A DNA stretch of 64,000 bases from Macrostomum lignano (Eukaryota): the NCBI GenBank assembly GCA_002269645.1, contig NIVC01001587.1, positions 200,716 to 264,715 on the forward strand. The letters are read 5' to 3'. This document shows, piece after piece, positions 1 through 11,589 of the stretch (position 1 is its first letter; every line of letters begins with the position of its first letter). The position numbers and the translations under genes are program-made. Under the pieces are notes generated by a model. It had not been told where the DNA came from. It searched no databases and saw only the letters and a list, made by a program, of their open reading frames with translations.

Positions 1-278
1 GCCTAAGAGTCAATTAAGTCTCCTTAAACTACAGAAACTGCACTCTGATCCTCGTGTTTTGCTATACGAGTTTGGCATACAGAAAGTGCCAAAGAGCTGC
101 CAATAATAAGCTGCTCAAATTGAAATTAGTCTGAATTAAAGAACAGAAACTTCATTCGACTAATGCCATGCAAGCTGCTTGGAAATTTTTAGCGAAAGCT
201 CGCTTTTACAAAAGATTATGGCTTCCCCCTGACAATTTATGTTGCTGCGCCGCTAGAGGACAGTCGCAGGCAGGGGCT

Positions 279-596
279 GTGCGCACCCTGGCGCACTTTA
301 AGCGACATTGTCACACAACCGGCGAGAGGCATTGCTGCCCATTTCGCCGACTTCTCTGAGCAGGCACACAAGCGCGCGGATACGTACGCAGTCATACGCA
401 CAGGCACACACTCACACAGGAGTGTACAGCGGCCCTAACTTTATTTATCGTTCAGCATGTACACTTCACTGTGCCTTGGGGGTTGGCCATCAAGGCCGTT
501 AATTGCACGAGCAGAGCCAAGCCGAGATTCCAATTTAGCCCCAAATTAATGCGACTGCACTTGGAATCGAGCCTGGGCCGCTGGCACATGAGAGCG
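279..596 (-). mobile_element. 5'-truncated copy of tRNA-derived SINE (same family as 16832-17215)
   Basis: Reverse complement of 279-596 aligns with about 16863-17190 at high identity by eye. It keeps the B box (GGCTCGATTCC) but lacks the A box. Confidence 0.8.
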
Positions 597-974
597 GTAG
601 AATGAGACACATGAGAAGGCTAAATTGATTATAAACTGTACAATAAGGGATATGGGAAATATCTTCGTCCCGGCGCAGCAAATAGAAATTGTCAGTGAGG
701 AATAAGTTTAGTAAGTGTCAACTACTCTGTGAGAGAAGGCGAAGCACTTTAAGCTTTCAATAGATTTCCATAACTTTTCAAGTGTTAAAGTCCTTAGCTA
801 ATGATTTAGCAGTGCACAGCGTCGGCTTGAGTTTGGTAAGTCAGTGTCCATCTAGTTCAGTTAGCTAGTAATAGAATCCAATTGCATTTGATTATTAGCT
901 GCTTTGGCTTTCACGTACCAACACGTCGCTCACTCCATCCATCCTGAGCAGCGGCTGGCTTATCAACTGTTGCC

Positions 975-1709
975 ATGGTGATGGACAACCGGCCCTGTCA
1001 CACTATCTACGTGAACAATCTGAACGATCGCGTGAAGAAATCCGATTTAAAAGCTGGCTTATATTACCTGTTTAATCAGTTCGGCAAGGTGGTCGATCTT
1101 GTCGCCATGAAGACGCCGAGTATGCGCGGCCAGGCATTTATTGGCTACAAAGACATCAGCCATGCCACGGTTGCTGTGCGATCTCTGCAGGGCTTCCTGC
1201 TGTTTGACAAGCCAATGCGGCTGCAGTTCGCCAAGCGAGACTCCACTGTTGTTAAACGGCTCAAAGGGGGCACCGCGCTTGATAAGAAATCCGCTGGCAA
1301 AGCCGCCGCCGCAGCCGCCTCAGCTGCCGCCGCCGGCTCGCAGGATGAAGCTGACAAGCGCAAGAAGAAGATCACCATCCGGATGATGACGGACGCTGAA
1401 TCGGCTGCTGCCGCCGCATCGGCCGCTGCCGCTTCATCTGAGGCTGAAGAGCCAATGGAGGAACAGGAAGGAGAGGCCAACAATGTGCTGCTATTGAACA
1501 ACCTACCCGACGAGACCACTGCCGAGATGTTGCAGATGTTGTTCTCTCAGGTGGACGGACTTAAAGAGGCCAGGTGCATCGATGGCCGGCCCGATGTGGC
1601 TTTTATTGAATACGAGACCGAGGAGCAGGCCAAGTCCGCCATGGACATTTATCAGGGCTTCAAAATCGATCACGAACACGCTATGCGTATCAGTTTTGCC
1701 AAGAAGTAG
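975..1709 (+). CDS. SNRPB2: U1A/U2B''/SNF-family two-RRM snRNP protein, intronless (U2B''-like loop)
   Basis: RRM1 HTIYVNNLNDRVKK...DLVAMKTPSMRGQAF...SLQGFLLFDKPMRLQFAK; Lys/Ala-rich linker; RRM2 NNVLLLNNLP...VAFIEY...YQGFKIDHEHAMRISFAKK. VAMKT resembles U2B'' VALKT more than U1A LVSRS. Family is secure; orthology within it is not. Confidence 0.9.
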   Translation: MVMDNRPCHTIYVNNLNDRVKKSDLKAGLYYLFNQFGKVVDLVAMKTPSMRGQAFIGYKDISHATVAVRSLQGFLLFDKPMRLQFAKRDSTVVKRLKGGTALDKKSAGKAAAAAASAAAAGSQDEADKRKKKITIRMMTDAESAAAAASAAAASSEAEEPMEEQEGEANNVLLLNNLPDETTAEMLQMLFSQVDGLKEARCIDGRPDVAFIEYETEEQAKSAMDIYQGFKIDHEHAMRISFAKK

Positions 1710-1759
1710 TGTGCTCATTGTCTGCTCCTGCTGCAATTAATTCCCTACTGTAGTCATTG

Positions 1760-2234
1760 GGCCTTCCCACACCCCAGTACTGAGCCTTCCCACACCCCAG
1801 TACCGAGCCTTCCCACACCCCAGTACCGAGCCTTCCCACACCCCAGTACTGAGCCTCCCCCACACCCAGTACTGAGCCTTCCCACACCCCAGTACTGAGC
1901 CTTCCCACACCCCAGTACCGAGCCTTCCCACACCCCAGTACCGAGCCTTCCCACACCCCAGTACCGAGCCTTCTCCACACCCCAGTACTGAGCCTTCTCC
2001 ACACCCCAGTACCGAGCCTTCCCACACCCCAGTACCGAGCCTTCCCACACCCCAGTACTGAGCCTCCCCACACCCAGTACTGAGCCTTCTCCACACCCCA
2101 GTACTGAGCCTTCCCACAACCCATTACAGAGCCTTCCCCACACCCAGTACTGAGCCTTCCCACACCCCAGTGCCAGTACTGAGCCTTCCCACACCCCAGT
2201 GCCAGTACAGAGCCTTCCCCACACCCCAGTACCG
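1760..2234 (+). repeat. 23-bp minisatellite (GAGCCTTCCCACACCCCAGTACT) in the snRNP gene 3' region
   Basis: About 20 visible tandem copies starting about 50 bp after the stop codon. Accounts for the GVGRL/WEGSVLG pseudo-ORFs. Confidence 0.95.
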
Positions 2235-2863
2235 AGGCTGAGCCCGACCGTACATTTACACGTATTAAATACCCATTAATGATTGGGTTGTTCGTTTTTA
2301 ATAATAATACTGATTTTCGTGGCAGTGATGGCGTAAACTTTGAACTTTCGCATTTCTTTGTTTGTTTTGCTATTTCTCTCCCTTGTCGTTTCATCATGTT
2401 ACTCATAATGCCTTGTAGTCGTCTAATTATAGTAGGCAAGTAGGAAAATTTTCTTAATAAATTGTTTCCTAATATAAAGTCTGTTAGCTCCTTTCAACGA
2501 CTTCTGTTCTCTATTGTTACTTGCTTGCTCTTCAATAAAAATAACCATTTGTTTCACTTTATGACATTATTGTTTTGCCCTATGTTTATTTAACAAGCCA
2601 AGCGGAATTAAAAGTGTATTATTAACCTCCTTTTTCAGCAAGCAAAAATTTGGAGCAAAAGAGTTTTCTAAGTAATTGAGGCTTTATTCATTTATTTATT
2701 TGCTTACAGTTTTGAGTAAAGACACATTCTATTTAGCCTACTTACAAGAGTAGAAAGAAGAACATTTTTTGAAACAATTATATTCGATTCGTAGCTTACT
2801 TAGACTACTGATGACAGTAGACAGTAGAACATTTTAAAATAATTGTATTGGCATAATACCCCG

Positions 2864-5800
2864 CTGAAGCTAACAGTGACCACCCTGAGCGGCGAAGGCG
2901 CCGTTGCTCAAGTGGACGCCTCGCCGGACATGACCGTGTCCGAGCTGTTGGCCGTCTGCCGCGCCGAACTCCGCATGCCGGCTGGCAACAACATAGTGCT
3001 GTTGCACAATGGCCAGCCGTTGAATTCGCCTCAGGCTAAACTAAGCCAGGCTGGCGTCACTGACGGCGATATGATTATTGCTCAGCCTATGCCTAATCAA
3101 CAGCAGATGCAGCAGCAACAGCAGAGGCAGCGGCAGCAGCCGGCTCGAGGAGGTGGCGGCGGCGGCGCTGCCGGCGGAATGCCGCTTATTGATTTTTCAG
3201 GCGTTCGGCTTGGCAGCGGAGGGAGCGGCGGCAGGCAGGCGCAGCCGCAGCGCCGGTTTGAGGTCCGGAGCAGTAGGGAGTAGTGATCATGAGGATAGGG
3301 AATGGTGATCATGAAGATAGGGAATGGTGATCATGAAGATAGGGAATGGTGATCATGAAGATAGGGAATGGTGATCATGAGGATAGGGAATGGTGATCAT
3401 GAGGATAGGGAATGGTGATCATGAGGATAGGGAATGGTGATCATGAGGATAGGGAATAGTGATCATGAAGATTAGGGAGCGAGGATAAGGGGATTATAAA
3501 AGCGCTAGGATAAGGGGATAGAATCGCTAGGATAAGGGGATAGAATCGCTGAGATAAGGGGATAGAATCGCTAGGATAAGGGGATAGAATCGCTAGGATA
3601 AGGGGATAGAATCGCTGAGATAAGGGGATAGAATCGCTGGGATAAGAGATAGAATCGCTAGGATAAGGGGATAGAATCGCTGGGATAAGGGATAGATACG
3701 CTAGGATAAGGGGATAGAATCGCTAGGATAAGGGGATAGAATCGCTAGGATAAGGGGAAAGAATCGCTGAGATAAGGGGATAGAATCGCTGAGATAAGGG
3801 GATAGAATCGCTGAGATAAGGGGATAGAATCGCTAGGATAAGGGGATAGAATCGCTAGGATAAGGGGATAGAATCGCTGAGATAAGGGGATAGAATCGCT
3901 AGGATAAGGGGATAGAATCGCTAGGATAAGGGGATAAAATCGCTGAGATAAGGGGATAGAATCGCTAGGATAAGGGGATAGAATCGCTGAGATAAGGGAT
4001 AGAATCGCTAGGATAAGGGGATAGAATCGCTGAGATAAGGGGATAGAATCGCTAGGATAAGGGGATAGAATCGCTAGGATAAGGGGATAGAATCGCTGGG
4101 ATAAGGGGATAGAATCGCTGAGATAAGGGATAGAATCGCTAGGATAAGGGGATAGAATCGCTGAGATAAGGGGATAGAATCGCTAGGATAAGGGGATAGA
4201 ATCGCTAGGATAAGGGGATAGAATCGCTGGGATAAGGGGATAGAATCGCTGAGATAAGGGGATAGAATCGCTGGGATAAGGGGATAGAATCGCTGAGATA
4301 AGGGGATAGAATCGCTGGGATAAGAGATAGAATCGCTAGGATAAGGGGATAGAATCGCTGGGATAAGGGATAGACTCGCTAGGATAAGGGGATAGAATCG
4401 CTGAGATAAGGGATAGAATCGCTAGGATAAGGGGATAGAATCGCTGGGATAAGGGATAGACTCGCTAGGATAAGGGGATAGAATCGCTGGGATAAGAGAT
4501 AGAATCGCTAGGATAAGGGGATAGAATCGCTGGGATAAGGGGATAGAATCGCTGGGATAAGAGATAGAATCGCTAGGATAAGGGGATAGAATCGCTGGGA
4601 TAAGGGATAGACTCGCTAGGATAAGGGGATAGAATCGCTGAGATAAGGGGATTAGGGTAATGAGTCATGACAAAGACGCAGCTTGATCGCATTGATCATT
4701 GACACCCATAAACACCAACTCCAGACTGACGAGGAAGCCTCGGCCGCGGTGGCCTCGAACCCGGAGATCCTTCGCCAAGCCCTGCTATCGATGCCCGAAC
4801 AGCTGGCCGCCCTTCGCCAACAGAATCCTCAGCTGGCCGACGCCGTGTCCGACCCGGACAGATTTGCCCAGCTTGTCCGAACGGCCCAGTCTGAGCGGTC
4901 ACGCGCCGCCCAAGAGCGAGCCCGCCTGATGGCCGCCAATCCGTACGATCCCCGCGTGCAGCAGGAGATTCAGAGCCTCATACAGCAGCAGAATATCGAT
5001 TCCAGCATGGAAACCGCACTGGAGCACATGCCCGAGGCCTTCGCCCCCGTCAATATGCTCTACATTGATGTTAAAGTGAGCTGCTGCTGGCCACACACTG
5101 CGGACTGCTTATTCAATATAGTCAGCCTTTTCTATCCATAATCCACTGAATCTAATTCATAATCTACTGACATCTAATTCATAATCCACTTACATCTATT
5201 CATAATCCACTGGCATCTAATCCATAATCTACTGACATCTAATTCATAATCTACTGACATCTAATTCATAATCCACTGTTATCTAATCCATAATCCACTG
5301 TCATCTAATCCATAATCCACTTACATCTATTCATAATCCACTGTCATCTAATCCATAAGCCACTTACATCTATTCATAATCCACTGGCATCTAATCCATA
5401 ATCCACTGACATCGGATCCATAATCCACTGACATCTATTCATAATCCACTGGCATCTAATTCATAATCTACTGACATCTATTCATAATCCACTGACATCT
5501 AATTCATAATCCACTGACATCTAATTCATAATCTACTGACATCTATTCATAATCCACTGGCATCTAATTCATAATCTACTGACATCTATTCATAATCCAC
5601 TGACATCTAATTCATAATCCACTGACATCTAATTCATAATCTACTGACATCTATTCATAATCCACTGGCATCTAATTCATAATCTACTGACATCTATTCA
5701 TAATCCACTGACATCTAATTCATAATCTACTGACATCTAATTCATAATCCACTGTCATCTAATTCATAATATCCTGACATCTAATTATAATCCACTGTCA

Positions 5801-8402
5801 TCTAATTCATAATCCACTGTCATCTAATCCATAATCCACTTAAATCTATTCATAATCCACTGACATCGGATCCATAATCCACTGACATCTATTCATAATC
5901 CACTGGCATCTAATTCATAATCTACTGACATCTATTCATAATCCACTGACATCTAATTATAATCCACTGGCATCTAATTCATAATCTACTGACATCTAAT
6001 TCATAATCCACTGGCATCTAATTCATAATCTACTGACATCTAATTCATAATCCACTGGCATCTAATTCATAATCTACTGACATCTATTCATAATCCACTG
6101 ACATCTAATTCATAATCTACTGACATCTAATTCATAATCCACTGTCATCTAATTCATAATCTACTGACATCTAATTCATAATCCACTGGCATCTAATTCA
6201 TAATCTACTGACATCTATTCATAATCCACTGACATCTAATTATAATCCACTGGCATCTAATTCATAATCTACTGACATCTAATTCATAATCCACTGGCAT
6301 CTAATTCATAATCTACTGACATCTAATTCATAATCCACTGGCATCTAATTCATAATCTACTGACATCTATTCATAATCCACTGACATCTAATTCATAATC
6401 TACTGACATCTAATTCATAATCCACTGTCATCTAATTCATAATCTACTGACATCTAATTCATAATCCACTTACATCTAATTATAATCCACTGGCACCTAA
6501 TTCATAATCTACTGACATCTATTCATAATCTACTGACATCTATTCATAATCTACTGACATCTAATTATAATCCACTGACATCTAATCCATAATCTACTGA
6601 CATCTAATTATAATCCACTGACATCTAATCCATAATCCACTGACATCTAATTTATAATCCACTGACATCTAATCCATAATCCACTGACATCAGATCCATA
6701 ATCCACTGACATCTACTAATCGTTTAAAGATATCAAAGTCGTCAGAAGATGACCGAGAGGCATCTATAAATCAAGATACTGGTACAATTTTTACATTAAT
6801 CGCAATATTCGTGTAACTTTGGCAAACCCGCCCAGGTGAATGGCCATCCGGTGAAGGCATTCGTAGACAGCGGCGCCCAGATGACAATCATGTCGCTGCC
6901 CTGCGCCCAGCGCTGCAACGTTGAGCGCCTGATTGACAAGCGCTGGGCGGGCATCGCCAGAGGCGTCGGCACTCAGACCATTGTGGGCAGAATTCACCTC
7001 GGCCAGCTCCAGATAGGCGGCGACTATCTCGCTTGCAACTTTAGCGTGCTGCGAGACCAGAGCATGGACCTGCTGCTGGGCCTTGACATGCTCAAGAGGC
7101 ACCAGTGCCTGCTGGACCTCAAGGTTTGTTTGTTTCTTGCTTTTATCCCCGTGCTTCCCCTCTATCAGATCCCCATGCTTCCCCTCTATCAGATCCCCCT
7201 GCTTCCCCTCTATCAGATCCCCATGCTTCCCCTCTATCAGATCCCCATGCTTCCCCTCTATCAGATCCCCATGCTTCCCCTCTATCAGATCCCCGTGCTT
7301 CCCCTCTATCAGATCCCCATGCTTCCCCTCTATCAGATCCCCATGCTTCCCCTCTATCAGATCCCCATGCTTCCCCTCTATCAGATCCCCGTGCTTCCCC
7401 TCTATCAGATCCCCATGCTTCCCCTCTATCAGATCCCCATGCTTCCCCTCTATCAGATCCCCATGCTTCCCCTCTATCAGATCCCCCTGCTTCCCCTCTA
7501 TCAGATCCCCATGCTTCCCCTCTATCAGATCCCCGTGCTTCCCCTCTATCAGATCCCCATGCTTCCCCTCTATCAGATCCCCATGCTTCCCCTCTATCAG
7601 ATCCCCGTGCTTCCCCTCTATCAGATCCCCATGCTTCCCCTCTATCAGATCCCCGTGCTTCCCCTCTATCAGATCCCCATGCTTCCCCTCTATCAGATCC
7701 CCATGCTTCGCCTCTATCAGATCCCCGTGCTTCCCCTCTATCAGATCCCTCTGCTTCCCCTCTATCAGATCCCCATGCTTCCCCTGTATCGGATCCCCAT
7801 GCTTCCTCTATCCCCTATCCCAGATCCCAATTATCTTATATCCCCAATCTTCTCAGATCCCTAATCCTGTCAGATCCCCAATTCTCTCAGATCCCCAATC
7901 CTGTCAGATCCCCAATTCTGTCAGATCCCCAATCCTGTCAGATCCCATTCCTGTCAGATCCCCAATCCTCCCAGATCCCCATCCTCATAGATCCCCAATC
8001 CTCCCAGATCCCCAATCCTGTCAGATCCCCAATCCTGTCAGATCCCCAATCCTGTCAGATCCCCAATCCTCCCAGATCCCCAATCCTCCCAGACCCCCAA
8101 CCCTCTGACCAGCCCCGCCCCGCCGCCCGCAGTCGAACAAGCTGGTGATCGGCACTACAGGCACAGTCGCCCCGTTTCTATCCGAGGCCGACCTGCCCGA
8201 GGACGCCCGGGCCAGCGGCGGCGGCAGCGGCGGCGAGGGCGGCAAGCCGATCACCCAGGAGTCTATCGACGCCGTCGTAGCCGGAGGTCCCGACGGTACA
8301 ACAGCCGACGATGCTCGAGAAGCGCTGATGCACGCTCTAGGCGAGGTGGACGCCGCTATAGCCTTTCTGGTTGCTAAGCAGAGCGAGAGGTCCGGGCAGT
8401 GA
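2864..8402 (+). CDS. DDI1: DNA damage-inducible protein 1 (UBL - helical domain - retropepsin-like aspartyl protease - UBA-like tail), 4 exons
   Basis: Exons about 2864-3262, 4725-5075, 6836-7123, 8133-8402, all GT-AG and phase 0. Motifs: UBL (KLTVTTLSG...[13 protein letters not shown]), [37 protein letters not shown]|[20 protein letters not shown] (catalytic Asp intact), [19 protein letters not shown]|[25 protein letters not shown]-like C-terminus. No ATG at the expected start (see findings). Confidence 0.93.
3283..4650 (+). repeat. Two adjacent 22-bp minisatellites in DDI1 intron 1 (GTGATCATGAGGATAGGGAATG; GGATAAGGGGATAGAATCGCTA)
   Basis: About 9 copies of the first unit (3283-3475), then about 50 copies of the second. 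Confidence 0.95.
5135..6715 (+). repeat. 22-bp minisatellite (CATAATCCACTGACATCTAATT) in DDI1 intron 2
   Basis: About 70 tandem copies filling nearly the whole intron. Confidence 0.95.
7148..8100 (+). repeat. 24-bp (ATGCTTCCCCTCTATCAGATCCCC) then 17-bp (CCCAATCCTGTCAGATC) minisatellites in DDI1 intron 3
   Basis: Visible tandem arrays. They generate the PMLPLYQI read-through pseudo-ORF. Confidence 0.95.
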
Positions 8403-8884
8403 AACAATTCTGTCCCAATCCTCACGCCGCAGGTGGGAAGACTCCGGGGAAACTGACACACTCGCTAGGGCCGAATTTCCCCTTAATCAGTTTGACAATT
8501 ATATATCTGTATATTCCGAGAGCAAACTATCCTATTGCTAATGTAAATTATTGGTTGCTCAAAAAAATTGTTACAAACAGATCAGTTTGCTGCTTATTTA
8601 ATTACAATAGCTGCTTTCTAATTGCTGTTTACTCAAGCGCTTGTTGAAAACCTGCCCCCGGTTTAGCATACTATTCCTTTCCTCCGTTTGTCTCTGTTTT
8701 TTGTGTTTTTTCTAATTCTTTTTTAATTGTACCCTAGCAACACTGCGCTGGACCCTCCATTGCTAGCTGTGCGCTTATTAACGATAATAATAAACGCAAT
8801 AGGAGCGTTAAATATGGTACATATAAGTTGCCTTTTTTCATTTGCCGGATTATTGTCTTCTTAGGATCTGATTGTGGCTTCTGA

Positions 8885-9480
8885 AATCACTCAATTCACT
8901 TATAAACTCATGAACTCGCTCATAATTCACTTATAAACTCCACGAACTCGCTCATAATTCACTTATAAACCCACGAACTCGCTCATAATTCAATTATAAA
9001 CTCATGAACTCGCTCATAATTCACTTATAAACTCATGAACTCGCTCATAATTCACTTATAAACTCATGAACTCGCTCATAATTCACTTATAAACTCATGA
9101 ACTCGCTCATAATTCACTTATAAACTCACGAACTCGCTCATAATTCATTTATAAACTCACGAACTCGCTCATAATTCATTTATAAACTCATGAACTCGCT
9201 CATAATTCACTTATAAACTCATGAACTCGCTCATAATTCATTTATAAACTCACGAACTCACTCATAATTCACTTATAAACTCACGAACTCACTCATAATT
9301 CACTTATAAACTCATGAACTCGCTCATAATTCACTTATAAACTCATGAACTCACTCATAATTCACTTATAAACTCATGAACTCGCTCATAATTCACTTAT
9401 AAACACACGAACTCGCTCATAATTCACTTATAAACTCATGAACTCACTCATAATTCATTTATAAACTTATAAATTCATAA
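8885..9480 (+). repeat. 31-bp minisatellite (CTCATAATTCACTTATAAACTCATGAACTCG) between DDI1 and SNX3
   Basis: About 19 tandem copies. Confidence 0.95.
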
Positions 9481-9657
9481 ACTCACTAATCGTCTTTTGG
9501 GAATTTTCTAAATTGCATGCAAAACCTGTTTTAATCAGTAAATTGAAAATTTTTAAACACAAAGACATTGTTGTAGATTTTTGCAACAAGATTCGATAAA
9601 TTAAAGTGACTATCCTGTCAGCACTACTAGCCAATCGAGCAGAGCAGCAGTAGTATA

Positions 9658-11121
9658 ATGAGCACATCGACACAGAGCGCCGCTTCAATCCAGCGACTGC
9701 AGCACAAGCGCCAGACGCTCGAGGACGCGTATTCGCCGCCCGCTAATTTTTTAGAAATCGACGTCTGCAATCCGGAGACGCACGGAGTTAACAAGGACCG
9801 CTACACGGACTATGAGGTCCGGATGCGCACTAACCTGCCCGTGTTCCGGCTCAAGGAGTCCTCGGTGCGTCGGCGCTACTCGGAGTTCGAGTGGCTTCGA
9901 GGCGAATTAGAGCGCGACTCGAAAATTGTGGTGCCGAAACTTCCAGGTGAGATTGGCTGTCACAGTTAACAGCATTGATTGGTCCTTGTCGGGAGTCAAA
10001 ATCGCTTTTTATCTACCCCGAGACCCTTTGATCTTAGCCGCCAGCTAATTAGCATCACTTTGATCTCAGCCGCCACCTAATTAGCATCACTTTGATCTCA
10101 GCCGCCACCTAATTAGCATCACTTTGATCTCAGCCGCCACCTAATTAGCATCACTTTGATCTCAGCCGCCACCCAATTAGCATCACTTTGATCTCAGCCG
10201 CCACCTAATTAGCATCACTTTGATCTCAGCCGCCACCTAATTAGCATCACTTTGATCTCAGCCGCCACCCAATTAGCATCACTTTGATCTCAGCCGCCAA
10301 CTAATTAGCATCACTTTGATCTCAGCCGCCACCTAATTAGCATCACTTTGATCTCAGCCGCCACCTAATTAGCATCACTTTGATCTCAGCCGCCACCCAA
10401 TTAGCATCACTTTGATCTCAGCCGCCACCTAATTAGCATCACTTTGATCTCAGCCGCCACCTAATTAGCATCACTTTGATCTCAGCCGCCACCCAATTAG
10501 CATCACTTTGATCTCAGCCGCCAACTAATTAGCATCACTTTGATCTCAGCCGCCAGCTAATTAGTATCACTTTGATCTCAGCCGCCAGCTAATTAGCATC
10601 ACTTTGATCTCAGCCGCCAACTAATTAGTATCACTTTGATCTCAGCCGCCAGCTAATTAGCATCACTTTGATCTCAGCCGCCAACTAATTAGCATCACTT
10701 TGATCTCAGCCGCCAACTAATTAGCATCACTTTGATCTCAGCCGCCAGCTAATTAGTATCACTTTGATCTCAGCCGCCAGCTAATTAGCATCACTTTGAT
10801 CTCAGCCGCCAACTAATTAGCATCACTTTGATCTCAGCCGCCAGCTACATGTAATTAGCATTACTTTGATCTTAGCCGCCACCTAATTAGCATCACTTTG
10901 ATCCCGCAGGCAAGGCTCTCCGGCTTCAGCTGCCGTTTCGCGGCGGAGGCGACGGCCGCTTCGATGACGAATTGATCGAAGAGAGACGCCGCGGCCTCGA
11001 GGACTTCATCAACAAGGTGGCCGGGCACCCCCTGGCCCAGAATGAGAAGTGCCTGCACATGTTCCTACAGGAGCAGACTGTTGACAGGGGCTACGTGCCC
11101 GGCAAAGTGCGAACCACTTGA
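9658..11121 (+). CDS. SNX3: Sorting nexin 3/12 (PX-only), 2 exons
   Basis: Exons 9658-9946 and 10910-11121 (phase 1, CCAG|GTGAGA ... CCCGCAG|GC). Motifs: YSPPANFLEIDVCNPETHGV...YTDYEVRMRTNLPVFRLKESSVRRRYSEFEWLRGELERDSKIVVPKLPG|KALRLQLPFR...IEERRRGLEDFINKVAGHPLAQNEKCLHMFLQE. Confidence 0.96.
10030..10905 (+). repeat. 32-bp minisatellite (CTAATTAGCATCACTTTGATCTCAGCCGCCAC) in the SNX3 intron
   Basis: About 27 copies. The last variant copy forms the real 3' splice site. Confidence 0.95.
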
Positions 11122-11589
11122 CCTTCTGACCCAGCTATCTGGGCCTAGCGACCAACACCATCATGCATTACACTACTGAATTGACCAAGGACTCCTAAAT
11201 TCATGAGCTAACTGAAAAATAGGACTGAAGAAGATCTCAGCCAGTGGAACAAGTAGTTATTGCTAGCTAAACGTTCTTAACAGCCAGACTTCCACTCGGA
11301 CCTGTTGGGTACAGAAATTGTAAAGAAAATAGTTTATTATCGATTTTCGCTTGGCTCTACTGCTAGTAAGTAGTAGGTTGAGCGAGTCTAGTTTTAGATT
11401 ATTCAAGATTATTCAGAACTATGCACCGCCAGGATATTTTATCCAATTCAAGTAGACGGGTAAATTCATTTGTACTTATCTGTGTAGCATATTTGTGCGC
11501 TGTGTCATTCATTGATATTTTCGTTGCCAGTCATTTGTTGCTTTGTTGTGAATTGAGACCCAAGATTTGAAACTTGAGCTGCCGCCCAC

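Noticed and set aside
6836-7123. DSG aspartyl-protease motif as a possible LTR-retrotransposon protease
   Set aside because: Context (UBL, helical domain, [15 protein letters not shown]) identifies host DDI1; no gag, RT, integrase or LTRs nearby.
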